DNA of 64,000 nucleotides from a virus (Duplodnaviria > Caudoviricetes). Below are positions 38,894 to 48,550 of the stretch, piece after piece. The notes beneath the pieces were generated by a model. The model made no database searches. It was not told the DNA's origin and worked only from the letters and a program-made list of their open reading frames with translations. A program made the position numbers and the translations under genes. Where the stretch lies: positions 32,001 through 96,000 of the IMG/VR virus record IMGVR_UViG_3300014059_000006. The stretch is one strand, 5' to 3'. Numbering within the stretch: the stretch's first letter is position 1; every line of letters starts with the position of its first letter.

Positions 38894-41800
38894 ATGGCGA
38901 ATAATTGCTTATATAAATATAATGGTGTTTTATACACCGAACCAGAGTTTAAACAATTACTAAACAGTAATTTATTACAGTTTGTATATTCTTTGGATAG
39001 TGCGGATATAAATAATATTTTAGACCCTGCTTTCCAATTTATGGAACAAGACGAAACATCTTGGATTAATACCATTTTTAAAACGTCATATCCAAAAGAA
39101 ATACAAGACCGTGTAAAGTTCTTATATACCGTTGTTAACTCTAACAAATGGGGGACATGGGGACCGGCAGGTATAACTTTGTATAAAAGTTCTGCTCGTG
39201 GTACAGGATATCACGAAGCATGGCACGAATTTTCCCAAATGTTCTTGACAAAGGATGAAAAGATTTCTTTATATAAAGAAGCGATTGTAAACATTCCTGC
39301 ACTTAAAGATTTAAATTATAAAAAACTAAACGACCTTCGTCAAATAGAAGAACATTTAGCAGACGATTTTATGAAGTACATGTTGAATGATGAATTATTT
39401 GGAGATAGTTTATTAGTAAACCGTCAACCAGTTCGTAATTCAATTTTCAGAATTATTTTAAATTTCTTAAAAGGATTGTTTGGGGTAAACAAACAAAACG
39501 AAGATGTATTTTTAAATCGTCTAAATACTTTATATTCTAATTTAAGAAATGGAGAGTTAGATAATTATCAATTTTCTGTAGACAATATTTTATTCAACGA
39601 ACAACTACATAGAAAAATAGAAGGGTTTGATAACTTGTCTGCAGTGTTGAAAAATAAAAGCGAAGTGGGAACTATGATGAAAGTTATGGGACACTTTGAC
39701 GCGTTGATTACTGAAGTGATAAAAAACAAACAAGTGGAATTAACCAAATTGTTTGCAGACCCTAAACTTAAAGTGTATGTGTACACACACGTAAAAAATA
39801 GACTTAAACAAGAATTAAAAACAGTTCGTCTATCTCCAGAAGCCGTTGAGATGCGTGAATTTATTTTAGCTAATTTTGGAGAGTTTGTGAAAGCTCATGA
39901 TGAAAAAGGTTCTTTAAAATTTGCTATCAGTGATGTTAGTGATATCGAAAACGTTATAAAAATATTAGATTCTAATGACGATATAAACAATGATAATGAA
40001 GAAGATGATGACCATGTAGATAATTCATCTTCTGGTCGTGACAAAGCTTGGGATAAATCAGGAAATGAAGAGGATTCGAAAGACATTGCTTCTAAGATAA
40101 TTCGTTTTATGGTGGCATCCTTACATAACCGTAGATTTGCTACCCCAGAAGAACAGAAACAAGGTAAAAAGAAATTAGAAGAATATCGTCAAAGTCGTCT
40201 ACAAGGTGTAGAAGATAATGAAACAATGTTAGCTATAAATGACGAGGTAGACAAATTAGAAGAAGAGAATAATTATAGATATATTTCCGACGCATTAGGG
40301 TTAAAAGAACTTGTTAATTTTAACACTGTATGGAATATGTTACAAACCGAATTACAAGGGATGGATAACTATTCTGATATGTATAGAAAAATTGAAGCAT
40401 TAAGTGTAGATAAGGTTTATCTTTTGGACTTGTTAAAACTCCTTCCTTCTCCGAACAAAGAAGTTTATACACAAGACGAGTCACATATTTCAAATCGTTT
40501 TAGAACTGACTTCATGCGTGTAAAAAATCCTATACTGATTAACAGTATGGTGGTGGAAAGAAACGAAGAGGGAGATGTTAAACAAGTTCGTATTGACTTA
40601 TTGTCTGCTAATAAATTAGGTATCAAAACTGTACGTGAAACATTTTATCAAAAATGGCTTGAGACAAAATCGGCTAAAGAAAACTTTGTTACAGAAAAAG
40701 ATGATGAGATAATTTTTGATTTTGATAAGTTTGCCGAAACATTTTATGGAAAAGATGGAGATGAGAATTTTAAAAATATTTATTTATTTAAAAATGCCGA
40801 AAGTCTAAGTGAAGAATTTGGAGAAGGAAAGATAGATAAAATTTATAACAATCGTATAACATTTCTAAATGCTTTTGGTTTTATATTTTCAGACCAAACT
40901 GTAAAAACCCAAGAGTTCAAAGATTTTATAATGAATCGTGTATTCATGGAAGACCAGTTAGGAAAATATTTATTTAATGATATTGCTAATCTTATAGAAT
41001 ATAGAAAAAAAGAAGGTGCATTTATAATAGATAATTTAGCTCCCGGTACTTCAAAAAGTGATAGAGAAAAAGCTTTAGAAACTCTTCCTATAATAAAAAA
41101 CCCTTTAGATTTTTTCAGAACGAAACGTGTATTTCGTTATTCAGATAGAAGTATAAAAAACCCTGTCATACTAAACGGAAACTCTAACAAGATGGACGAG
41201 TTGTATAATTTTGAAATTCTACATTCTGGACAATACTTCAACGAAGCTACATACACAGCAACACAAAAAATTCAATTTGAAAACTCTATTTATAATACAT
41301 TCTTTATGTATTTAAACGGACTGAACGATGCTGTTAAATACCCCACATATCAATCTTTAGTTGCGGAAGGAAGTCCTTACGAATATAATTATAACATAGA
41401 CCGTAATCCACATTTAAGAAGTTCTATATGGTTTAATAGTATGTTCGAATTAGATGTACCAGAAGGTACTCCTCGTTACGGAAAACGAAGAATCCAACGT
41501 ATAAAAAAACAAGGACTTGTAAACAAAACAAACCATGTAACAGTGGATTTTGTAAACTTGAGTGGTATGTCTATAAACGACCGTACCGCCAATAATTTTG
41601 AAGGACAAAATACAGTTAAACTTGAAACATTGGATAGAATGATATCTTCCATTAGTTCTTTATTAACAACAGGTACTTCTGAATTAATGCGTCATGCTGA
41701 TAAATCTATGGCTTATGGTATTAGACCTACATCCATGTTTATCAACGGTTCTTATACAGGAGATAAAAATATATTTTTCGAATTAAAATCTGACTTGACA

Positions 41801-44800
41801 AGTGGTGATTTTGTATCTACTATTTTCAACACTGATAAAGAAACTAACAATTTACATAATGTATTTGCAGGATATTTAAAATCCGAAATGGAACGTATTT
41901 TTAAAGTGCGTATGTTAGAGAAATCTGGAAATAATGAGTTCATAGATAAAAAGATTTCTGGTACAGAACGTAAACGTTTACAAGGATTTATTTTATTTGA
42001 CAAACTTCTTTCTGTAGATGTTAAAAATGCATTATATGAAAAAATTGAACAAATAGTTAATTCTAAAGAAGCAAATTTATATGCCGAAAAAGGTAATTAC
42101 CAAGGAGGATTAGAAGTTTTACTAGATGAAATGATTTCAACTCCTGTATTTGTAGAAGAAATTAATAAAAATGTTTCTCGTCTTAATCCTGAAATAACTT
42201 TAAGTATTGCCACATATCTAGACCAATCTACGCAAGATTATGAAAAGCGTATGATTGAAAAAGGATATATTAAAAATACATTAGGTAAGTTTCTTCCTTC
42301 GTCTTTGTCGGTTGATGATACTTCTGTTATAAGAACTTTTATTTTAAATCAGTTTATACATAACGTAGAGCAATCTAAATTGATTTATGGAGACCCTGCG
42401 TTTTACACTGCACCATTTAAACGTCTTCCGATGTTTACTTCTACAGGAGCGATGCCAAACGTAAGTGCAGAACATATTGCTCAAATGAATAATGATGTTA
42501 ATCTAAATGCATACACAAAAGCATTAGGATATAATTCTATTCCTTTTTCAGACAAAGTTAAAAGTACTGTACTAAGTGATGTTGAGTTAGATACAAAAGT
42601 TTCTGATAGATGGAAAAAAGCATTTGAAATTTTAAAAATGACTCCAGAAGCAATTGAAAAATTAACTTCAGACTATTCTGATGTTAACGAAGCGGATGCT
42701 CAGGGTATGGCAACTATTGATTTTTATAGAAGTTTTAAAAAGTCAATAGGATTTTGGTACGATTCTCACGAGAATGCGTATAACAAAATGGTGGAATACG
42801 AAAAGAGTAAAAAAGAATTTGGTAAAAATCCTACAAAAAATCAAATAAAACAATTAGAAGGGTTACGTTTAACTGCAGAAGAAGAAGGACTATTCCCGCC
42901 TATTAAGTTGGGATATGGTGGTCCATTAGTAAATGAACACTTATATGCTCCGACATATCATAAGTTTTCTATTTACCCAATTCTTCCTTCTATGACCGAA
43001 GAAAATAATAACTTGAATAAAATCAACAGAAAACTTCTAAGAGAAGGAATAAGTTATTTAACATTTGAGTCGGCAAGTAAAGTGGCAAATACAGGAAAGA
43101 ATGGAAAATTCCAACCTTTATATTCTGATGTTGCTACAAGAACATTAAATGATGCTAAATTTCATCCTACAGTTACGTTATTAAAATATTATAAAGAACA
43201 ATTACAAATAGAACCAAAAGATGAAAGAAGTATGACTTTTGGTACACAGTTCCGTAAACTTTTGTTTTCTAACTTATATGAACACGGATATCCTACAGAT
43301 TTCGTTTCTACCTCTCCTGAATCAGATTGGGATAGAATGTCTGAAGAAGAACGAATTAATGCATCAGAGATACATAAGAATCATCAGGGATACCTTAAAG
43401 TGTTAAATAATGTTGCCGAAATTGAATTAGAAAAGTTATTAGAAGAAATTGGAGGAACACAAAATTCAAACGGTGAAATCGTAATAAATGATTTTAGGAA
43501 ATTAAAAGACATGGTGATTAACGAAGCTAAAAAGAAAGAAGCTCCTGATTCACTAGAATATTTTTTCCAAATCAACGAAGATGGGTCATTAAAATACCCT
43601 ATTGAAACTTCTAAAGATAAAAAAATCATACAAGATATTCTTTTATCTCTTGTAAACAATCGTCTTGTTAGATTAAAAATCAATGGTGCAAATCTTGTTC
43701 AAGCTGCACAAACCGGTCATGAACGTTATGATGGAAAAACCTATTCTGACACATTAGAAGGATACAGGGTTGAAACAACTCCTGAAGGTAAGTTTATATT
43801 ACGTCCTATGGAAGTGGAAGTTTCATTTAACAACTCTTATAGAGGTACATTAAAACTTATTCATCCTGACGGTAAAGTTGTTAAAACAGTTAAACGTTTG
43901 AATGAAGCTATGCGTAATGCTGAGTGGTACGAAACCCATAAAGATTATTTTTCTTTAGTTGGATATAGGATTCCTACACAAAGTACAAACTCAATTGCGT
44001 ACATGGGAATTAAACAATTTCTTCCTAAAAACTCTATGAACTTAATTGTACTTCCTTCTGAAATTACAAAAATTGCAGGTTCGGATTTTGATATTGACAA
44101 GATGTCTGTAATACGTCCATACTTTAATAAACGTGGAGAAATACTTAGACCATCTGAATTAAATCTGTCACGTGCAGAACTGAAAGAAAATATTGCAGAA
44201 CTAGAAGAAGAATTGACAGATTTAAGAAATTCTAAAAAACGTTTTAAAGGTGATGTAAATAAAGCTCTATCAAAAATACAAGACCAAACCGCAACAGTTT
44301 CTGATTGGGCAATTTATAAATATAACACTGAAGAAACATCTCAGAAATTAGAAGTTCTATTAGACGAAGAAGAAGAAATTTTAAATCTTATAGATAATAG
44401 TTATGATTCTGATATGGCAGAACTATTCCAAAAATCAGGACTAGTACAACAAACAGAAAAAAATGAAGAACAAGATACATCTTCTTTAGAAGCAAAACTT
44501 AACTATGTACAGAAACAAATAGATAAGATTTCAGAATTTGCCGAAACAATGAACTCTTATGTAGATGATTATAATGCGCTTCCTGAAGAAACTATTTCAG
44601 CAATTGAAACAGAACTAGAAGGATATATGGAATGGTTTGCTCAATTGGATGAGAAACGTATAAAATTAGAAGATTTAAAAGATGCGTACGCACATCAAAA
44701 AGAAGCACAATTTAATAATTTATTAGACATTGCGAAAAACTCCATAAGTAGAGAAGATAAATTTATAGACTTGGTTACACCTAACTCTGTAGATATAGTA

Positions 44801-47272
44801 AAGAAACAATTAGCCGACCCTATTAAAGAATGGTTAACTGTGTCAGGACAAGAAAGTTTTGCTCAAGAAAGTAATACTACAGATATTTTTAATCCTGCAT
44901 ATGAAGACGAGGTATATGAATCTTTCTTACAAGGAAAATCTACATTAGGAATCGCAGCACTTGCTGGACCATTGTCACAAATTTTCCAACGTACCGGTGC
45001 TTATGTAAACCCTGTGTATCATTTGAATAAACAACAGTATGACACCGTTGTATTGTTAAATACAAACAAAAGAGAAATTAGTAGAAGGGGTGAAACAATA
45101 ACAGTTTATGACTTAGCATCTAGATACGATAGTGAAGGAAAAATATTAAAATCAGAACTCATTGCTCAGTATATAAATGCATATGTGGATATCGCGAAAG
45201 AACCTTTTGTGTTCTATATGAACGCAGGTATTAACGTGGCACCTGTTATGATGTATATGACACATTTAGGAGTACCTGCAAAACAATCAGCTTACTTGGT
45301 GAATCAACCTTCTATACGTGATTATATTAAACGTAAATCTGTTCAGGCATCTTATACTAACAGATATACAAACGAAATGTCTAAAAAAGAAGAATACACA
45401 AAAATGCATTCTTTAATAGAAACATTTAATAAATTTGTAATAGGTGACGAAAACATAAAAGACATTGGAGAGTATATAACAATCAATCCTAAAAACAACC
45501 AAATACGTAAAATAGATTTTGGTAGAATTTATGAAGAGTTTAATACATATTTAAAAAATAATGCTCCACAATATGAAAAACTTCTTTCACAAGAAAACCT
45601 TGAAAAAAATATAAAAGGAGAACTATCCGAAGAAGAAAGTAAAAATACATCTATGGCTGCATTTTTACAATACACAATGTTGGAAAATCAGTCAGCGTCT
45701 TTAAGAGAAATAAATGATGTATTGAAGTCTGATACGACAATGTCAAAAAGTACAACTTCTGCCGTTCAACATACTAAAAAAGTTCAACAATATAAAAACA
45801 ATAAAATACAAGGGATACTTCCTGCAGAAGTAATATCTAAAATATTATCTTCTACAGAAATAACTCCATATGTTGTTCAACCTAAAATTGCAAGTATGTA
45901 TTCAGGAATAGAAAAAGTTCAAAACCATCCCGTAATTCAACAACACTTGGATGAACTTTTAAATATGGGTAGAACTAAAAAATCTCCGGTAATACAAGAG
46001 AAAATCATTAAAGATTATTTTAGTGATTTAAATTCCTTTATTTTACAAAATCACGGAGTTCAATTTAATGAAACTAAAAATACTCCTAGAACATTAGATT
46101 CTTTATGGCCCTTGATGATTAATGATAAATCAAAACGTCTAAAGAAAAATAAAGAACTGTATAAAAAAGAAATAAAGAATATTGTTACACGTTTAAATGA
46201 TTTACATGCTAAATACAATGGGGTAAATTCACCTATAAATCTTCGTACAAGATATCAAATCTTTAACGGATTAAAGGTTTATAATAGTGAGGAAACAAAT
46301 TTACGTTCTATTGCTTGGCAAGGTGAACCATTGAAAAAAGATTTAATCAATATGCTTTCAGAAGAATGGACAAAATTAGCAAACTTGAACGACCCTAAAT
46401 TTGCGGATATAAAAGAATTTATGATTGACTTAGCTAAGGTGGTGTTTTTAACTCATGGAGAAACTCGTTCGTCTAAATCATTTTTTGCTCTAGTTCCTTC
46501 TGAATTACACACATCGTTTATGCTACCCTTTATTGAAGATTTCCTTTCTGAAATGAATGTCGTAGGGTCAAACTATTACCAATTGTTTACAAAATTTTTC
46601 AATGATGATTTCATGGGAAATAATAAACAGTATTTCAAAGGTAGAGGAACTGACAAAATAAATGATGGAAGATTTAAACAGTACAGAAGGGATTCTTCTT
46701 TTGCTAGAGATTATATTTTAACTGCACATCCTAAAGTAGAAAAAATTAAACGTGAATTTGTTTCCGACCCTATGGAAAGTGGAGACGAAAGAAATGATAA
46801 TGAAACAGTAAGTAAGATTAATTTCAAACCAACTCCGGCAGAACAAGATTTAATGTCCGAGGTGGAATCTATCCTTTCTCAATCAGACATGTCAAAATTT
46901 GAACCACAAGTAAGAGAAACATCTATGGATGAAAAATATGAATACTTCAAAAGTTTAAATAAAAATACCCTGACAAAAAAAGAATTAACAGGTGTGAATA
47001 ATGTTATTGACGTATTACAAAAATATAAAGTGATACAACAAGATAAATTGAGGGCCAGTATACCTGTCACTCCGACGTTTAACCCTGACTTTTTCCAATC
47101 GGTCGACAGTTTGTTCCAAACTGATTTCTCAGTGGATTTGGCAATGTCAAAAATAAAAGTTAACTTTGAAGAGTATAAAGACGCTTTAAAGGAAGAAGGA
47201 ATTAATTCTATAGAAGAATTGGAATCCTATCCAGATAAAAATAATTTTGTTTTAAAAATTTGTAAATTATAA
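38894..47272 (+). CDS. Virion-packaged single-chain DNA-dependent RNA polymerase (crAss-like) with N-terminal zincin protease domain, 2792 aa
   Basis: Catalytic GSDFDIDK (DFDIDK at 44084-44101), upstream GYRIPTQ, DAQG, FESASKV and GTQFRKL motifs, downstream LGIAA and YVDIAK; HEAWH (39212-39226) plus EEHLAD zincin motif. Confidence 0.9.
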   Translation: MANNCLYKYNGVLYTEPEFKQLLNSNLLQFVYSLDSADINNILDPAFQFMEQDETSWINTIFKTSYPKEIQDRVKFLYTVVNSNKWGTWGPAGITLYKSSARGTGYHEAWHEFSQMFLTKDEKISLYKEAIVNIPALKDLNYKKLNDLRQIEEHLADDFMKYMLNDELFGDSLLVNRQPVRNSIFRIILNFLKGLFGVNKQNEDVFLNRLNTLYSNLRNGELDNYQFSVDNILFNEQLHRKIEGFDNLSAVLKNKSEVGTMMKVMGHFDALITEVIKNKQVELTKLFADPKLKVYVYTHVKNRLKQELKTVRLSPEAVEMREFILANFGEFVKAHDEKGSLKFAISDVSDIENVIKILDSNDDINNDNEEDDDHVDNSSSGRDKAWDKSGNEEDSKDIASKIIRFMVASLHNRRFATPEEQKQGKKKLEEYRQSRLQGVEDNETMLAINDEVDKLEEENNYRYISDALGLKELVNFNTVWNMLQTELQGMDNYSDMYRKIEALSVDKVYLLDLLKLLPSPNKEVYTQDESHISNRFRTDFMRVKNPILINSMVVERNEEGDVKQVRIDLLSANKLGIKTVRETFYQKWLETKSAKENFVTEKDDEIIFDFDKFAETFYGKDGDENFKNIYLFKNAESLSEEFGEGKIDKIYNNRITFLNAFGFIFSDQTVKTQEFKDFIMNRVFMEDQLGKYLFNDIANLIEYRKKEGAFIIDNLAPGTSKSDREKALETLPIIKNPLDFFRTKRVFRYSDRSIKNPVILNGNSNKMDELYNFEILHSGQYFNEATYTATQKIQFENSIYNTFFMYLNGLNDAVKYPTYQSLVAEGSPYEYNYNIDRNPHLRSSIWFNSMFELDVPEGTPRYGKRRIQRIKKQGLVNKTNHVTVDFVNLSGMSINDRTANNFEGQNTVKLETLDRMISSISSLLTTGTSELMRHADKSMAYGIRPTSMFINGSYTGDKNIFFELKSDLTSGDFVSTIFNTDKETNNLHNVFAGYLKSEMERIFKVRMLEKSGNNEFIDKKISGTERKRLQGFILFDKLLSVDVKNALYEKIEQIVNSKEANLYAEKGNYQGGLEVLLDEMISTPVFVEEINKNVSRLNPEITLSIATYLDQSTQDYEKRMIEKGYIKNTLGKFLPSSLSVDDTSVIRTFILNQFIHNVEQSKLIYGDPAFYTAPFKRLPMFTSTGAMPNVSAEHIAQMNNDVNLNAYTKALGYNSIPFSDKVKSTVLSDVELDTKVSDRWKKAFEILKMTPEAIEKLTSDYSDVNEADAQGMATIDFYRSFKKSIGFWYDSHENAYNKMVEYEKSKKEFGKNPTKNQIKQLEGLRLTAEEEGLFPPIKLGYGGPLVNEHLYAPTYHKFSIYPILPSMTEENNNLNKINRKLLREGISYLTFESASKVANTGKNGKFQPLYSDVATRTLNDAKFHPTVTLLKYYKEQLQIEPKDERSMTFGTQFRKLLFSNLYEHGYPTDFVSTSPESDWDRMSEEERINASEIHKNHQGYLKVLNNVAEIELEKLLEEIGGTQNSNGEIVINDFRKLKDMVINEAKKKEAPDSLEYFFQINEDGSLKYPIETSKDKKIIQDILLSLVNNRLVRLKINGANLVQAAQTGHERYDGKTYSDTLEGYRVETTPEGKFILRPMEVEVSFNNSYRGTLKLIHPDGKVVKTVKRLNEAMRNAEWYETHKDYFSLVGYRIPTQSTNSIAYMGIKQFLPKNSMNLIVLPSEITKIAGSDFDIDKMSVIRPYFNKRGEILRPSELNLSRAELKENIAELEEELTDLRNSKKRFKGDVNKALSKIQDQTATVSDWAIYKYNTEETSQKLEVLLDEEEEILNLIDNSYDSDMAELFQKSGLVQQTEKNEEQDTSSLEAKLNYVQKQIDKISEFAETMNSYVDDYNALPEETISAIETELEGYMEWFAQLDEKRIKLEDLKDAYAHQKEAQFNNLLDIAKNSISREDKFIDLVTPNSVDIVKKQLADPIKEWLTVSGQESFAQESNTTDIFNPAYEDEVYESFLQGKSTLGIAALAGPLSQIFQRTGAYVNPVYHLNKQQYDTVVLLNTNKREISRRGETITVYDLASRYDSEGKILKSELIAQYINAYVDIAKEPFVFYMNAGINVAPVMMYMTHLGVPAKQSAYLVNQPSIRDYIKRKSVQASYTNRYTNEMSKKEEYTKMHSLIETFNKFVIGDENIKDIGEYITINPKNNQIRKIDFGRIYEEFNTYLKNNAPQYEKLLSQENLEKNIKGELSEEESKNTSMAAFLQYTMLENQSASLREINDVLKSDTTMSKSTTSAVQHTKKVQQYKNNKIQGILPAEVISKILSSTEITPYVVQPKIASMYSGIEKVQNHPVIQQHLDELLNMGRTKKSPVIQEKIIKDYFSDLNSFILQNHGVQFNETKNTPRTLDSLWPLMINDKSKRLKKNKELYKKEIKNIVTRLNDLHAKYNGVNSPINLRTRYQIFNGLKVYNSEETNLRSIAWQGEPLKKDLINMLSEEWTKLANLNDPKFADIKEFMIDLAKVVFLTHGETRSSKSFFALVPSELHTSFMLPFIEDFLSEMNVVGSNYYQLFTKFFNDDFMGNNKQYFKGRGTDKINDGRFKQYRRDSSFARDYILTAHPKVEKIKREFVSDPMESGDERNDNETVSKINFKPTPAEQDLMSEVESILSQSDMSKFEPQVRETSMDEKYEYFKSLNKNTLTKKELTGVNNVIDVLQKYKVIQQDKLRASIPVTPTFNPDFFQSVDSLFQTDFSVDLAMSKIKVNFEEYKDALKEEGINSIEELESYPDKNNFVLKICKL

Positions 47273-47275
47273 AAA

Positions 47276-47752
47276 ATGTTAGACTCAAAAATAATCGAAC
47301 TCCTAAATTATAGGATTGAACAAGAACAACTTTCTTCTCGTATTTATGAACAAATGTCAATGTTCTTAGGGAATAAGGGATATGTAAACACTGCGAAACT
47401 GTATGCAAAGTATGCATCAGAAGAATTAAGTCATGCTGAATGGGCTAAAACCTATCTTCTTTCTTATAACATAGAACCAGAACTACATCCCCTTCCTGCA
47501 CCTACAACAGAGTATTCAACATTACAGGAGGTGTTAGATTTAACATTAGAACATGAAATGGATATTACTAAACAATGTAACGAGTTAGCAAGAATTGCAC
47601 AAGAAATGGCATACTTCACATGTTTTGATTTAGCTCTTAAATACTGTAGAGAACAAGTGGAAGAAATAGATAAGGCATATACATTGAAAGATATGTATGC
47701 ACTTTCTAATAATGACTTGTTATTTGACCACGCTGTAGAAGACCTTATATAA
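47276..47752 (+). CDS. Non-heme ferritin (FtnA-like)
   Basis: LLN-x-x-I-x-x-E-x-x-SS-x-x-Y-x-x-MS, EE-x-x-HA, LEHE-x-x-IT and EQVEE ferroxidase-centre pattern; 158 aa. Confidence 0.85.
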   Translation: MLDSKIIELLNYRIEQEQLSSRIYEQMSMFLGNKGYVNTAKLYAKYASEELSHAEWAKTYLLSYNIEPELHPLPAPTTEYSTLQEVLDLTLEHEMDITKQCNELARIAQEMAYFTCFDLALKYCREQVEEIDKAYTLKDMYALSNNDLLFDHAVEDLI

Positions 47753-48528
47753 TGAAGTTTTGTCCACTCGTTTCCCTTCCTGATTGGATTGAATTAGAAA
47801 AAATTCATGGGAAAGCTCGCGCTGCAAATTTATGGGTGGCGTTTGACGGTTATCCTCCAAAATATTTATACACGGATTTACGTACAATACCGGTTGATAC
47901 AAAACATAGTAGATATAAAATACTTAAATCAGCATTTGGTAGTGACGGATTAGTTGAAGATTTGATTAAAGGATTTTCTATAGGACTGGGAAAAGGAAAA
48001 GGAGAACTGTATTATCCTACAATTAATGAAGTGAAGAAATATTTTGCAGATAATCGTGATTCTACAGAAAATTATATTAAAACTATTTTAGAGAGATTTC
48101 CCGAGGTTTCAGCAAAAGGACTTGCTCGTGTGTTAAATACAGTTGTTAATGAAACAGGAGACATGTATATGGTGTCTAGAGGATGGATTAATAATGGGTC
48201 GTTAGTGGGAAAAGGAATTGTAGAAAAAGAATTTTATGGACGTAATTTGGCAACAATGAAAAAACTTGCTGAATTATATCCTCAACGATTTGAAATAAAA
48301 GATTCTAAAAAGAACAAGTACTCACACTTTGTCACAATAAATGAACCGGTTTTACAACAACAATTATTCAATAGAATTGAAATACTAACTATAAATAATG
48401 AAATACTTCAGCCTAAGGTTGAAGAAATTGAAACAACATTAGAAACGAACATACAAAGCGATAATGATACATTTTTTGTAAAAAATGCTGATAAAATAGA
48501 TAGTGGTGAAATAATTATAGAATGTTAA
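47752..48528 (+). CDS. Hypothetical cargo-cluster protein with terminal cysteines (MKFCP...IIIEC)
   Basis: 258-aa ORF coupled to the ferritin gene; its only two Cys are residue 4 and the last residue. Confidence 0.6.
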   Translation: MKFCPLVSLPDWIELEKIHGKARAANLWVAFDGYPPKYLYTDLRTIPVDTKHSRYKILKSAFGSDGLVEDLIKGFSIGLGKGKGELYYPTINEVKKYFADNRDSTENYIKTILERFPEVSAKGLARVLNTVVNETGDMYMVSRGWINNGSLVGKGIVEKEFYGRNLATMKKLAELYPQRFEIKDSKKNKYSHFVTINEPVLQQQLFNRIEILTINNEILQPKVEEIETTLETNIQSDNDTFFVKNADKIDSGEIIIEC

Positions 48529-48550
48529 AAATAAAACAAAACAAAATAAA

